Shown: positions 1-9,361 of the stretch, piece after piece
Position numbering within the stretch: position 1 is the stretch's first letter
Layout: the number at the start of each line of letters is the position of its first letter
Source of the DNA: an uncultured Armatimonadetes bacterium
GTDB lineage: Bacteria; Armatimonadota; Hebobacteria; Hebobacterales; Hebobacteraceae
Direction of reading: 5' to 3'
Assembly: GCA_963716175.1 (NCBI GenBank)
Contig: OY970296.1
Coordinates: 2,528,001 to 2,592,000, forward strand
Length of the DNA stretch: 64,000 bases
The notes under the pieces: generated by a model
What the model saw: only the letters and a program-made list of their open reading frames with translations
Told to the model about the DNA's origin: nothing
Database searches by the model: none
Translations under genes and position numbers: made by a program

Positions 1-558
1 GTGGAGGTGGCGCGGGGGCAGTCCCGGGGCCTGGTGCCCGTGGTCTTGTCCGAGGAGGGGGTGGTGGACATGATGAGCACTATCCGCCGCCTCGACGACC
101 CCCCCTGGATCGTGTTCATCCACGATTTCCAGGAGGCGTATGAGCAGAGCCCGGAAGGGCCTGAGGCGAAGGTCTTCATTGACCAGTCCGGCGAGCTGAG
201 CCACAACTGGCAGCTCGTGGGCTGGGTGGGAGAGCCCGGCCTGGACTATGCCGGGGCTCACTTCCGTCTGGTGCGCGCTGGCAGCGGCGTCCAGCTCTCC
301 CTGGACCGGGATGTTGGTGTGCCCATCGTCTACCTCGGCTTGGTGGTGACCGCGCTGGGCTCGCTCTTGATCCTCGGAGGCCCGCGCCGGAGCCTGGTGG
401 CTCTCGTCGCCCCGCGTGGTCGGGGCTCCCAGGTGCTGGTGGGTCTGTCCCGCTCCCGTCGGGGCGGGGATGGTGAGAGGTTGCTGGAGCAGCTGCAGTC
501 CGAACTTGGGGCCGCCTCGGAGGCGGGGCCGCCCCGGGAAGGTGAGGAGACCAAGTGA
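1..558 (+). CDS. resB: Cytochrome c biogenesis protein ResB/Ccs1, C-terminal part (5' truncated by window edge)
   Basis: Ends with a GVQLSLDRDVGVPIVYLGLVVTALGSLL transmembrane segment typical of the ResB C-terminus; lies near a CcsA/ResC gene. Confidence 0.7.
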   Translation: MEVARGQSRGLVPVVLSEEGVVDMMSTIRRLDDPPWIVFIHDFQEAYEQSPEGPEAKVFIDQSGELSHNWQLVGWVGEPGLDYAGAHFRLVRAGSGVQLSLDRDVGVPIVYLGLVVTALGSLLILGGPRRSLVALVAPRGRGSQVLVGLSRSRRGGDGERLLEQLQSELGAASEAGPPREGEETK

Positions 559-1544
559 GACGCCAAGCAAGCGAACGGCGGGTCGGCCTGCGCCGCAAGA
601 GCGTGGCCGGGCTGATCCTGGTGGCGGGGGTGGCACTCGCCCTCCTGGCCGGTCCGCCGGCCCGTGGGGGTGTTCCCGCGGGGGCCAGCTATCTGGGCTC
701 GAAGCTGTGCGTCGCCTGCCACCAGGCCACCCATCCGCAAGCGGTGGCCGGGTGGGCGACCTCGGCTCACGCTCACACCCTCTGGCCGATTGAGGAGTCT
801 GACGAGAGCCAGAAGGTGGTGGCCGACTTCGCCAAGAGCGCGTTTCCCAAGGAGCAGGCCGCCTACGTGGTGGGCGCGGGCAACCGCTATCAGGCCTTCC
901 TGGACAAGGATCTCAAAGTGCTCCCAGGCGAGTGGGCGGCCAAGAGCAAGAGCTGGCGGCCCCGCGAGGCGATGGACGCCAGGCAGGACTGCCTGGGCTG
1001 CCACACCACCGGCTATGACCCGGCCGCCGCCCACTGGGTGGAGCTGGACGTAGCCTGCGAGATGTGCCACGGTCCCGGTTCAGTGCACGCCGGCTCCGCC
1101 GACAAGAAGGAGACCATCGTCATGGTGCAGAGCCTCGACCCGGCGCACCAGGCCATGGTCTGCGGGCAATGCCACTCCCAGGGCCGGAGCAAGGACAGCA
1201 AGTATCCCTTCCCGGTCGGCTTCCGCCCCGGGGATGACCTCGACCAGTTCTTCACCTACACTGAGGAAATCCCCAGGGGCGCCATGAACTCGCAGTACAA
1301 CGAGCTTCGCTTCGGCGGGGGCAAGCACCTGGCCTCAGGCACGGTCTGCACCACCTGCCACGACCCCCACGGCTCGGGCGTGCCCAATGAGCTCCGTGCG
1401 CCCGTGAACCAGCTCTGTCAGAAATGCCACACCAAGCTCACGGGGTCCCAGCATAGCAAGGAGGCGCTTGCCGTGGTGACGTGTGCCGTGTGCCACATGC
1501 CCGGTGGCAAGCACACCTTCGTGCCGCCGAAAGGCCTGCCCTGA
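555..1544 (+). CDS. Secreted multiheme c-type cytochrome (7 CxxCH)
   Basis: Hydrophobic signal peptide; CVACH, CLGCH, CEMCH, CGQCH, CTTCH, CQKCH, CAVCH. Confidence 0.9.
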   Translation: MRRQASERRVGLRRKSVAGLILVAGVALALLAGPPARGGVPAGASYLGSKLCVACHQATHPQAVAGWATSAHAHTLWPIEESDESQKVVADFAKSAFPKEQAAYVVGAGNRYQAFLDKDLKVLPGEWAAKSKSWRPREAMDARQDCLGCHTTGYDPAAAHWVELDVACEMCHGPGSVHAGSADKKETIVMVQSLDPAHQAMVCGQCHSQGRSKDSKYPFPVGFRPGDDLDQFFTYTEEIPRGAMNSQYNELRFGGGKHLASGTVCTTCHDPHGSGVPNELRAPVNQLCQKCHTKLTGSQHSKEALAVVTCAVCHMPGGKHTFVPPKGLP

Positions 1545-1561
1545 GCGAAGCCGAAGGGATC

Positions 1562-1634
1562 GTAGGGCGGGATTCATCCCCCCATGCAGTAGGGCGGGTC
1601 CGCGACCTGCCCAAGAACAGGTCCGCGACCTGCC
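1562..1634 (+). repeat. Two GTAGGGCGGG REP-like heads plus a duplicated GGTCCGCGACCTGCC
   Basis: gtagggcggg at 1562 and 1589; ggtccgcgacctgcc at 1597 and 1620. Confidence 0.6.
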
Positions 1635-1649
1635 TAGGAGATTCATCTC

Positions 1650-2609
1650 ATGCTGCGAGCTGAAGAGCTGCTCGTGCAAGCCGCGCTCGGCCTCTACCTG
1701 GCCGCCTTCCTCGGCTACGTGCTAGGGCTTGCGATTGGCTGGAGGAAAGCGGGCAAGGCCGCCACGGCTCTCGCCTGGCTGGGTCTGGTCGCCCAGTCTG
1801 TCATGCTCGTGATGCGCGGCCTGAGCGCCCGGCACGTGCCTCTGGTGAGCATGTACGAATACCTCACCGCTTTCTCCTGGATGGTGGTGCTCGCCTACCT
1901 GGTGTTTCAGGTGTGGGCGGGGCGCGGACCTGCCCTACCGGCCGACAGGGGGGTGCAGGTGGCCACGTCGCCTGAGGCGGCCGCCACGGCGGCCGGAGGC
2001 CTGGCCGCGGCCGCGGTGCCGGCGCTGGCGCTGGCGGTGGGGCTGCTCGCCTACGCCTCCTCCCTTCCCTCCCACCTCAAGCAGGCCGAGAGTCTGATGC
2101 CGGTGCTCAGGAGCGATTGGCTGATCTTCCACGTCTCCGTGGCGGTGATCGGCTACGCCGCCGCCGCGCTCGCCAGCGCTTTGGCGTGCCTCTACTTCGT
2201 CAGCTACTACGGGCTGCGGGCGGGCCCGCAGAGAGGTTCCCCTACGAACTCCAGGAGCTCCCGCTGGATAAGAGATCGGTTGCCTGCCGCACCCCTGCTG
2301 GACGAATACGTCTACCGGGTGGTGCGCTTCGCTTTCCCCTTCCTCACCCTGGTGAATGTGACCGGCGCCATCTGGGCCAACAATGCCTGGGGGCGTTACT
2401 GGGGTTGGGACCCCAAGGAGACCTGGTCACTGATCACCTGGCTGATCTATGTCTTCTATCTTCACGCCCGCCTGCGCGCGGGCTGGCGGGCCCCGCAAAC
2501 CAATGCCGTCGTGGTGGTAGGCATCGGCGCCATCCTGTTCACCTTCCTCGGAGTTAACCAGCTTGCGGCCTTCTCGGACAGCCTGCACTCCTATGCCCCT
2601 GGCGGTTAG
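1650..2609 (+). CDS. ccsA: Cytochrome c biogenesis protein CcsA/ResC (System II heme lyase)
   Basis: WWD motif GAIWANNAWGRYWGWDPKETWSLITWLIY; C-terminal SLHSY; multiple TM helices. Confidence 0.95.
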   Translation: MLRAEELLVQAALGLYLAAFLGYVLGLAIGWRKAGKAATALAWLGLVAQSVMLVMRGLSARHVPLVSMYEYLTAFSWMVVLAYLVFQVWAGRGPALPADRGVQVATSPEAAATAAGGLAAAAVPALALAVGLLAYASSLPSHLKQAESLMPVLRSDWLIFHVSVAVIGYAAAALASALACLYFVSYYGLRAGPQRGSPTNSRSSRWIRDRLPAAPLLDEYVYRVVRFAFPFLTLVNVTGAIWANNAWGRYWGWDPKETWSLITWLIYVFYLHARLRAGWRAPQTNAVVVVGIGAILFTFLGVNQLAAFSDSLHSYAPGG

Positions 2610-2676
2610 CACCGGGAGGGGATCTCAGCACTCTCGCAACCGGGGTGGGCATAGGCGCCAATCCGCTACGCTTCTG

Positions 2677-2721
2677 CTCGCACTTCGCAGCGAGCGAGCT
2701 TCGCTACTACGCAGAGCAGCA
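2677..2721 (+). repeat. 45-nt dispersed palindromic element, copy 1 (others at 3058-3102 and 26070-26113)
   Basis: ctcgcacttcgcagcgagcgagcttcgctactacgcagagcagca aligns with the other two copies. Confidence 0.6.
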
Positions 2722-4521
2722 GTGGCAGCGGCCTGGTGGCTGGCGCTCCTCGCCCTCGCCCGTCCCGGCGGCGCCGCCGTCATCTCGCCTGCTGTGCTGC
2801 GGGACAACAGCTTCTGCCTGGGGTGCCATGGGCCGGGCTCGCACGCCAAGGGCGCCCCCAGAGTTGAGCTCGGCGGCCAGGTCCACCAGACTCTGACCTG
2901 CGTGGACTGCCACCAGGAGGTGCGCAGCGTGCCCCATCAGCCCGCTCCGGTGAAGGTGGACTGCGGCCGCTGCCACAGCGAGGCCGCCCAGGAGGAGCTG
3001 CTGCCGGCAAAGGTCAGGATCGCGCCCGCGCTCAGCACCCATGCCGCCGCCAAGCAGCTCGTGCTTCGTAGCGAAGGAGCTCCGCCACTTCGCAGAGTAG
3101 CAAGCGGAGCTATCGGCAAGCCCGCCACACGGCCGGCGGGCAAGCCGGCCTGCCGCGACTGCCACGGCGATCACGACCTGCGCGCCCCTTCCGATCCCAG
3201 TTCCCGGCTCGGGCGCGAACACGTCGTCAGCACCTGCGGCGCTTGTCATCCCCGGATCGCCGCCGAGTATCGGGAGAGCGTGCACGGGCAGGCGCTGCTC
3301 GCCGGCAATCCCGATGTGCCGGCCTGCGACAACTGCCACCCCGAGCACCCAGCGGCGCAGCGGCTCGGCATCTCCCAGAGGGGGGTAGTTGCCACCTGCG
3401 TCTCCTGTCACGAGGACCCGGGGCTCCAGCAGCGCTACGCCATCCCCGGCAACCGATTGGCTAGCTACCTGGGAAGCTATCACGGAGCCGCCACTCAGCT
3501 CGGCGATAGCAGGACCGCGAACTGCGCCAGCTGCCACACCGCCCACCACATACTCCCCTCCAGCGACCCCCGCTCCTCGGTCAACCCGGCCAACCTGCCC
3601 AAGACCTGCGGCCGCTGCCACCCGGGCGCCACCGCTCATTTCGCTGAGGGCAAAATCCACCTTCAGCCTTCACCCAGGCAAGACCGGCCCGTGTTCTACG
3701 TGAAGGTGGCCTACCAGTTGTTCATCGTGGGCTTGATGACGGCCTTCCTGGGCTATATCGGCCTCGACCTGGCGGCCCGCTTCCAGGGCAAGCTCGGCCG
3801 CGGGGAAGCCCACCGGCATAGCCGGGACGAGCCCCAGTTCCAGCGGCTGACCTTCAACCAGCGCCTCCAGCACTGGGCGCTCATTCTCAGCTTCATCACG
3901 CTCCTGCTCACCGGGCTCCCGCTGGCCTCGCCCAAGTCGGCGGTGGCCCAGGGGTTGATCACTTTCCTGGGGGGTATGGGCGTCCGGTCGGCGCTGCACC
4001 GCGCGGCTGCTATCTTGCTGATCGCCATCGTCGGCTATCACGCCGTCTACGTGCTCTTCTCCCGCAAGGGCTACTGGGAGTTCCGTCAACTTCTGCCGGG
4101 CGCCCACGATGGCCTCGATCTGGCCCAGATGCTGGGCTTCTACTTCGGCCTCACCCCCGTCCGCCCCCGGTTTGGCCGCTACAACTACATCGAGAAGTTC
4201 GAGTACCTGGCCGTGGGCTGGGGTTCGGTAGTCATGATCGCCAGCGGGGCCCTGCTCTGGTCGCCACAGGTCAGCCTGATCTTCTTTCCCAAGTGGGTGA
4301 TGGACATCGCGCTGATCGTGCATGGCTGGGAGGCGATCCTGGCCTTTCTGGCGATCATCATCTGGCATATGTACAATGTGCACTTCAACCCATCGGTCTT
4401 CCCCATGAGCAAGGTCTGGCTCACGGGGAAGGTGGGCCTGCGTGAGTTCCGGGAGAACCATCCTCTGGAGTACGAAGCCTATCTCCGCCAGCGGCCGCAG
4501 GCCGAGGGGGAGCAGCCATGA
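2722..4521 (+). CDS. Multiheme cytochrome c (9 CxxCH) fused to an FdnI-like cytochrome b membrane domain (CbcL-like quinol oxidase); start uncertain
   Basis: Nine CxxCH, then TM helices with RLQHW, LHR, RYNYIEKFEY, HGWEAILA and IWHMYNVH motifs; GTG at 2722 begins a signal-peptide-like stretch. Confidence 0.85.
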   Translation: MAAAWWLALLALARPGGAAVISPAVLRDNSFCLGCHGPGSHAKGAPRVELGGQVHQTLTCVDCHQEVRSVPHQPAPVKVDCGRCHSEAAQEELLPAKVRIAPALSTHAAAKQLVLRSEGAPPLRRVASGAIGKPATRPAGKPACRDCHGDHDLRAPSDPSSRLGREHVVSTCGACHPRIAAEYRESVHGQALLAGNPDVPACDNCHPEHPAAQRLGISQRGVVATCVSCHEDPGLQQRYAIPGNRLASYLGSYHGAATQLGDSRTANCASCHTAHHILPSSDPRSSVNPANLPKTCGRCHPGATAHFAEGKIHLQPSPRQDRPVFYVKVAYQLFIVGLMTAFLGYIGLDLAARFQGKLGRGEAHRHSRDEPQFQRLTFNQRLQHWALILSFITLLLTGLPLASPKSAVAQGLITFLGGMGVRSALHRAAAILLIAIVGYHAVYVLFSRKGYWEFRQLLPGAHDGLDLAQMLGFYFGLTPVRPRFGRYNYIEKFEYLAVGWGSVVMIASGALLWSPQVSLIFFPKWVMDIALIVHGWEAILAFLAIIIWHMYNVHFNPSVFPMSKVWLTGKVGLREFRENHPLEYEAYLRQRPQAEGEQP

Positions 4522-6545
4522 ACCGCCTCAAGCTCTGCCTGCCCTTCGCGCCCCTCCTGAGACGGGTCCGGCTGCCCTTCGTCCGAAGGCGAGTGCCAGT
4601 GTGGGCGCTGGTCGTGATCGCCATTGTGGTGCTGGTGCCAGTCACCGGCGGAGCCATGGTCGCCACCAGCCAGCCCATCTTCTGCAAGTCCTGCCACGAG
4701 ATGAGTTTGCACTACGCCACCTGGAGCCAGTCGGCGCACCGGGACGTGAGCTGCGAGGAATGCCACGTCATGCCCGGCACCGCCAACATGTTCAAGAGCA
4801 AGATCAGGGCTCTCCGGTTGGTGAAGGCGCATGCCGCGGGCGATGTCAAGGCCACCGCCATCCAGGGGCATGTCCCGGATGCCAACTGCAAGCGGTGTCA
4901 CCCCCAGACGCCTGAGCTCGTGACCTATCACGGCCTGAAGATCACGCACCGGGACCATTGGAACATGGGGGTCAAGTGCACCTTCTGTCACGACCGGGTG
5001 GTGCATGGACCCAAGTGGCTCTATACCGGGGTCACCTCCTCCGAGAAGATCAAGGTGGTCTCCACTCCCTACAAGTTCACCCCGCAGATGGAGACCTGCT
5101 ACAAGTGTCACGACGGTAAGCGCGCCTCCAACAAGTGCTCCACCTGCCACGTCACCCTGGGTGAGCGTAAGCCCACCGCCTTCGACCCGGCCTGGGTGGA
5201 GGCCCATCGGGATGAAGTGCGCCGCACCGGGAAACAGGACTGCGAGCGCTGTCATCTGCCCTCCTTTTGCGACGCCTGCCACCGCGCGGCCAATCCCCAT
5301 CCCGGTGACTGGATCGCCCGCCACCCCCAGGAGGCGCGCAGGGATACCGCCGGCTGCTCCTCCTGCCATCTCGCCCCAGGGGAGCAGCGCCCCAAGCAGG
5401 TGAGGGATATGGCCTTCTGCCGGGCTTGCCATGGGCTGCGGCAGGAGCATCGCCAGGCCGACTGGCAGGTGATCCACGGCCGGGAGTCGCTCGCCAACCC
5501 GGCCTCTTGCCAGCGCTGCCACACCCAGAGCTGGTGCTCAGACTGCCATGCCATCAGCCGCCCGCACCCGCAGGAGTGGCTGGCGCGGCACCCCGCGGAG
5601 GCCAACCGCAACCCGGAGAGCTGCCGCGTCTGCCACACTCAGCAGTTCTGCGACGCTTGCCATCACGGCAAGCAGGGCATTCCCGCCTCCCATCAGCAGG
5701 ACTGGCTCACCCGCCACAAGGACGCCGCCCGCCAGGGCCAGGAGACCTGCGCCGTCTGTCATAAGACTGGCTTCTGCCAGAGCTGTCACGCCAAGCAGGC
5801 ACCCACCAGTCACGGCCCCCAATGGCTGAGCCAGCATGGCCCGGCGAGCAGAGCCCAGCCTGCCTCCTGCCTGCTCTGCCACAAAGAACAGCACTGCAAC
5901 CAGTGTCATGGCCTGACTATGCCCCATCCGAAGCTGTGGCTGGCCTCCCATCACAAGGCCGCCGCGCAGAACGAGGCCCTGTGCGAGCGCTGCCATCAGA
6001 AGCAGGCCTGCGACAGCTGTCACCGGGGCGCCTTCCCGGCCTCCCATCAGCCCTCGGACTGGATGAGCCGCCACGGCGCGGAGACGAAGAAGCCCGCCGC
6101 GCAGTGCAGCCTCTGTCACCGCCGGGAGTTCTGCTCCTCCTGTCACGGCGTAGCCATGCCGCATCCCTCCGGATGGAGAGGTCCGCCCCACGGCGCCGCC
6201 GCGCAGAAGGAGCAGACGGTCTGCCTGCGCTGCCATCAGGAGAGCCAGTGCGCCAAGTGCCACGGCCTGGCCATGCCGCATCCGAGCAATTGGATGACCG
6301 AGCATGGGAAGAAGGCGACAGCTTCCCCTGCCCTATGTGGCACTTGCCATGGGCCCGGTCGTCATGACTGCGCCACCTGCCACACTGCCCTGGCCCCATC
6401 CAGCCACCAGCAGGAGAACTGGCGGCAGCAGCACGGCCAAGCAGGAGCGGCCTCCACCGCGCTCTGCTCGCTCTGCCACGGGAAGAATGCTTGCGCTGAT
6501 TGCCACGCGCGGCAGGCCGGGAGGGGCGCCGCAAAGGGCAGTTAG
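4518..6545 (+). CDS. Membrane-anchored NapC/NirT-type multiheme cytochrome with 28 CxxCH and 11 tandem diheme repeats
   Basis: N-terminal TM helix, then TSQPIFCKSCHEM...WSQSAHRDVSCEECH (NapC/NrfH-like); 28 CxxCH counted by eye. Confidence 0.9.
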   Translation: MNRLKLCLPFAPLLRRVRLPFVRRRVPVWALVVIAIVVLVPVTGGAMVATSQPIFCKSCHEMSLHYATWSQSAHRDVSCEECHVMPGTANMFKSKIRALRLVKAHAAGDVKATAIQGHVPDANCKRCHPQTPELVTYHGLKITHRDHWNMGVKCTFCHDRVVHGPKWLYTGVTSSEKIKVVSTPYKFTPQMETCYKCHDGKRASNKCSTCHVTLGERKPTAFDPAWVEAHRDEVRRTGKQDCERCHLPSFCDACHRAANPHPGDWIARHPQEARRDTAGCSSCHLAPGEQRPKQVRDMAFCRACHGLRQEHRQADWQVIHGRESLANPASCQRCHTQSWCSDCHAISRPHPQEWLARHPAEANRNPESCRVCHTQQFCDACHHGKQGIPASHQQDWLTRHKDAARQGQETCAVCHKTGFCQSCHAKQAPTSHGPQWLSQHGPASRAQPASCLLCHKEQHCNQCHGLTMPHPKLWLASHHKAAAQNEALCERCHQKQACDSCHRGAFPASHQPSDWMSRHGAETKKPAAQCSLCHRREFCSSCHGVAMPHPSGWRGPPHGAAAQKEQTVCLRCHQESQCAKCHGLAMPHPSNWMTEHGKKATASPALCGTCHGPGRHDCATCHTALAPSSHQQENWRQQHGQAGAASTALCSLCHGKNACADCHARQAGRGAAKGS

Positions 6546-6720
6546 CTCCCGCGCCGCGGGTGAGGGCCGAATCGCCCAAGACCGCGACGCCCAGAGCAGG
6601 GAACGCGCCGCCAGGCGGACAACCGCGGGGAACGAAGGGACCTTCGTCCAGATGCTGATCGGAAGCTCCAGGGGGGAGGGGGAGCCAGAGGAGGCGCCAG
6701 GCCAGGGATCGGACGCGAGC

Positions 6721-7194
6721 ATGGCCTCGGTCAGCCGCCGGCGGTTTCTCAGCTATCTCAGCGGCTTGCTCACTGGGTTGATCGCGGTGGCCTTGGGCCT
6801 GCCCCTGGTCCGCTTCTACGTGGGCAACGCGTTCCAGCAGAGAGCGGCGCGGTGGCTCAAGCTGGGGCCGAGGGCGGAGGTGCCAATAGGCCGCCCCACG
6901 CTGTTCCGTCTCAGCTATGTGGAGCAGGAGGGGTGGCGGGACACTACCCGGCGGGAAGAGGTCTACGCGGTTACCCAGGATGGGCGGAACTACCTGGTGC
7001 TCTCGAACATCTGCACCCATCTGGGCTGCCCGGTGCGGTGGGATGACAGAGTTCGAGCTTACCTCTGCCCGTGCCACGGCGGTATGTTCGCCGCGGATGG
7101 CCGGGTGCTGAAGGGGCCACCCCCGAGGCCTCTTCTCCGCTTGCCGCACAAGTTCGAGGGCGGCGTTCTCTATGTCCGGGTCGGGGGAGGCTGA
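6721..7194 (+). CDS. qcrA: Rieske [2Fe-2S] subunit of a Rieske/cytochrome b complex
   Basis: Tat-like SRRRFL plus TM anchor; CTHLGC and CPCHGG boxes; GPPPRPL. Confidence 0.93.
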   Translation: MASVSRRRFLSYLSGLLTGLIAVALGLPLVRFYVGNAFQQRAARWLKLGPRAEVPIGRPTLFRLSYVEQEGWRDTTRREEVYAVTQDGRNYLVLSNICTHLGCPVRWDDRVRAYLCPCHGGMFAADGRVLKGPPPRPLLRLPHKFEGGVLYVRVGGG

Positions 7195-7196
7195 CC

Positions 7197-9310
7197 GTGT
7201 TTCGCAGGCTGCTCCGGTGGGTTGACGAGCAGACCGAACTGGTCAGCCTACTCCGCCAGTTCATGGAGGAACCGCTCGCGCGGGGCGTGGGTTGGCCCCA
7301 CGTTTTCGGCGGCGCCGCTCTCTTCCTCTTCATCGTGCAGGCCTGCACCGGCGTGCTGCTGGCGGTCTACTATGTGCCTTCGCCCGTGGCCGCCTACCAG
7401 TCCACCTCCTACCTCAGCATGTCCGTTCCCCTGGGCAGCGTGGTGCGCAGCCTCCACCACTGGGGGGCAAGCGCCATGCTGGTGGTGGTGTTCGTGCACA
7501 TGCTGCAAGCCTTCTTCTGGGGCGCTTACAAGCGGCCTCGCCAGATCGTCTGGGTGATCGGTGTGTTCCTGCTCCTGGCCACCCTGGGGCTCAGCTTCAC
7601 CGGATATCTCCTTCCCTGGGATCAGAAGGCCTACTGGGCCACCGTCGTGGGCACCCGCATCGCCGGCAGCCTGCCGGTGGTGGGAACCTACATCACCACC
7701 CTCATCCGGGGCGGCCCCAGTGTGGGGGCGCTCACTATCACCCGGTTCTTCGGCCTGCACGTCTTGATCTTCCCCGCGCTGCTCATCGCACTGATCGCGT
7801 TCCACATCTCACAGGTGCGCATGAAGGGCATCACCGCGCCCTGGCGCCGAGTGGGTGACGAAGACGCCGTGCCCCACCCCGGGCTCTTCTACCCCGACCA
7901 GGTGTTCAAGGATGTAGTGGCGGCCCTGCTGCTCTTGGCCCTGCTTTTCGCCATTGCCGTCCGCTATCCGGCGCCGCTGGAAGCCATCGCCAACCCCACC
8001 AGCACCGGCTATGTGCCTCGCCCCGAGTGGTACTTCCTGCCCAACTTCCAGCTTCTCAAGTACTTCCCCGCGGCCTGGGGCGAGTGGGGTGAGTTCTCCG
8101 GCGCCATCCTCATCCCGGCCCTGGTAGTGCTGCTGCTCATCTTGTTGCCGTACCTGGACTACAATCCCAATCGGCGGCCCCGCCGTCGTCCTTTCGTCAC
8201 CGCTGCCGCGCTGGCCAGCCTCTTCGGCCTCAGCTATCTGGGCGTCGAAGGCGCGAAGAGTGGGCCCAGACCGGTGACTCTCACCGCGACGCAGGCGCGG
8301 GGCGAGAAGGTGTTCCTGGACCTGCGCTGTCAGTCATGCCATGGCATCAACGGCGGCGGCGGCATGGAGGGAGTGGATCTTGCCCAGGGCGGGCCCCGGG
8401 ACCCCCGGAAGGTGGCCGAGAAGCTGCGCTTCCCCACCAGGTCCAACCCCCGTTCGGTCATGCCCCCGGTGCCCAGCAGCCTCAGCCCGGCCGGCTTCGA
8501 TGCCTTGGTGGCCTTCGCCTCGGCCATTGACACTCGCTTCCAGATGCCGACGGTGGCCCCGGTTGGGCCCACCAAGCCCCTCTCTCACTATGAGGAGAAC
8601 TGGTTCGCCAACCACAAGTACGAGGTGCGCAAGGATCCCACCGTCTGCGCCCAGTGCCATCAGCCCAGCTTCTGTCAGAGCTGCCATCGCAATCGCAGAC
8701 CCGATTCGCACCTGCATCGCTGGCTCGAGTTCCATGCTGGGACCGCGCGCGAGCAGCCCGAGTACTGCCAGGTCTGTCACGAGAAGAGCTTCTGCAACGC
8801 CTGCCACAGCAAGCTGATGCACACCTCCGACTGGCTGCACCGGCATGACGAGGCCGGAAGGACACAGTACGAATGTGCCTGCAGTGCCATCAGGAAGGCG
8901 AATGTACCTCCTGCCACCGGGGCGCGACGCCGGTCAGCCACGCCCGCAAAGACTGGGTACACTCTCACCAAGGGGCAAAGGCGGCGGAATGCCGGACCTG
9001 CCATCGCGAGAGCTTCTGTATCACCTGCCATGAGGGAGCCAGGCCCAGGTCGCACGATGCCAGCTGGCTTTCTCGCCATGGCGCGGCCGCCAAAGCGCAG
9101 CCAGCGGGATGCCGCACCTGCCACGCGGCCAGCTTCTGCAGCAGCTGCCATGGAGGTGTGACCATGCCCCATCCGGCTAACTGGGTGATCGCGCACAGGG
9201 TACAGGCGAGCTTTGCCCCCGGCTCAGTCTGCTATCGCTGTCACCAGTACAAGCAGGACTGCGCCAAGTGCCACGGAGAATGGCCGCCTGAGCCGGGCGC
9301 CGGTGGGTGA
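7197..9310 (+). CDS. qcrB: Cytochrome b(6) + subunit IV fused to a monoheme c domain and six diheme repeats (13 CxxCH); frameshift near 8870
   Basis: RSLHHWGAS, TGYLLPWDQKAYWA and PEWY motifs; 5 CxxCH before the shift and 8 in ORF 8873-9310, which continues the same repeat register. Confidence 0.88.
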
Positions 9311-9361
9311 ACAGAGGGCGGGCATGCTTCTGCCCGCCTGATTGACCGGGAAGGACAACGC

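Noticed and set aside
5200-6520. Repetitive DNA inside the 28-heme gene as a CRISPR array or tandem DNA repeat
   Set aside because: Periodicity is at the protein level (tgc..tgccac codons); there are no identical repeats with unique spacers and no cas genes
8860-8885. Programmed frameshift in the cytochrome b-multiheme gene
   Set aside because: No slippery heptamer visible, and similar single-base indels occur throughout the window
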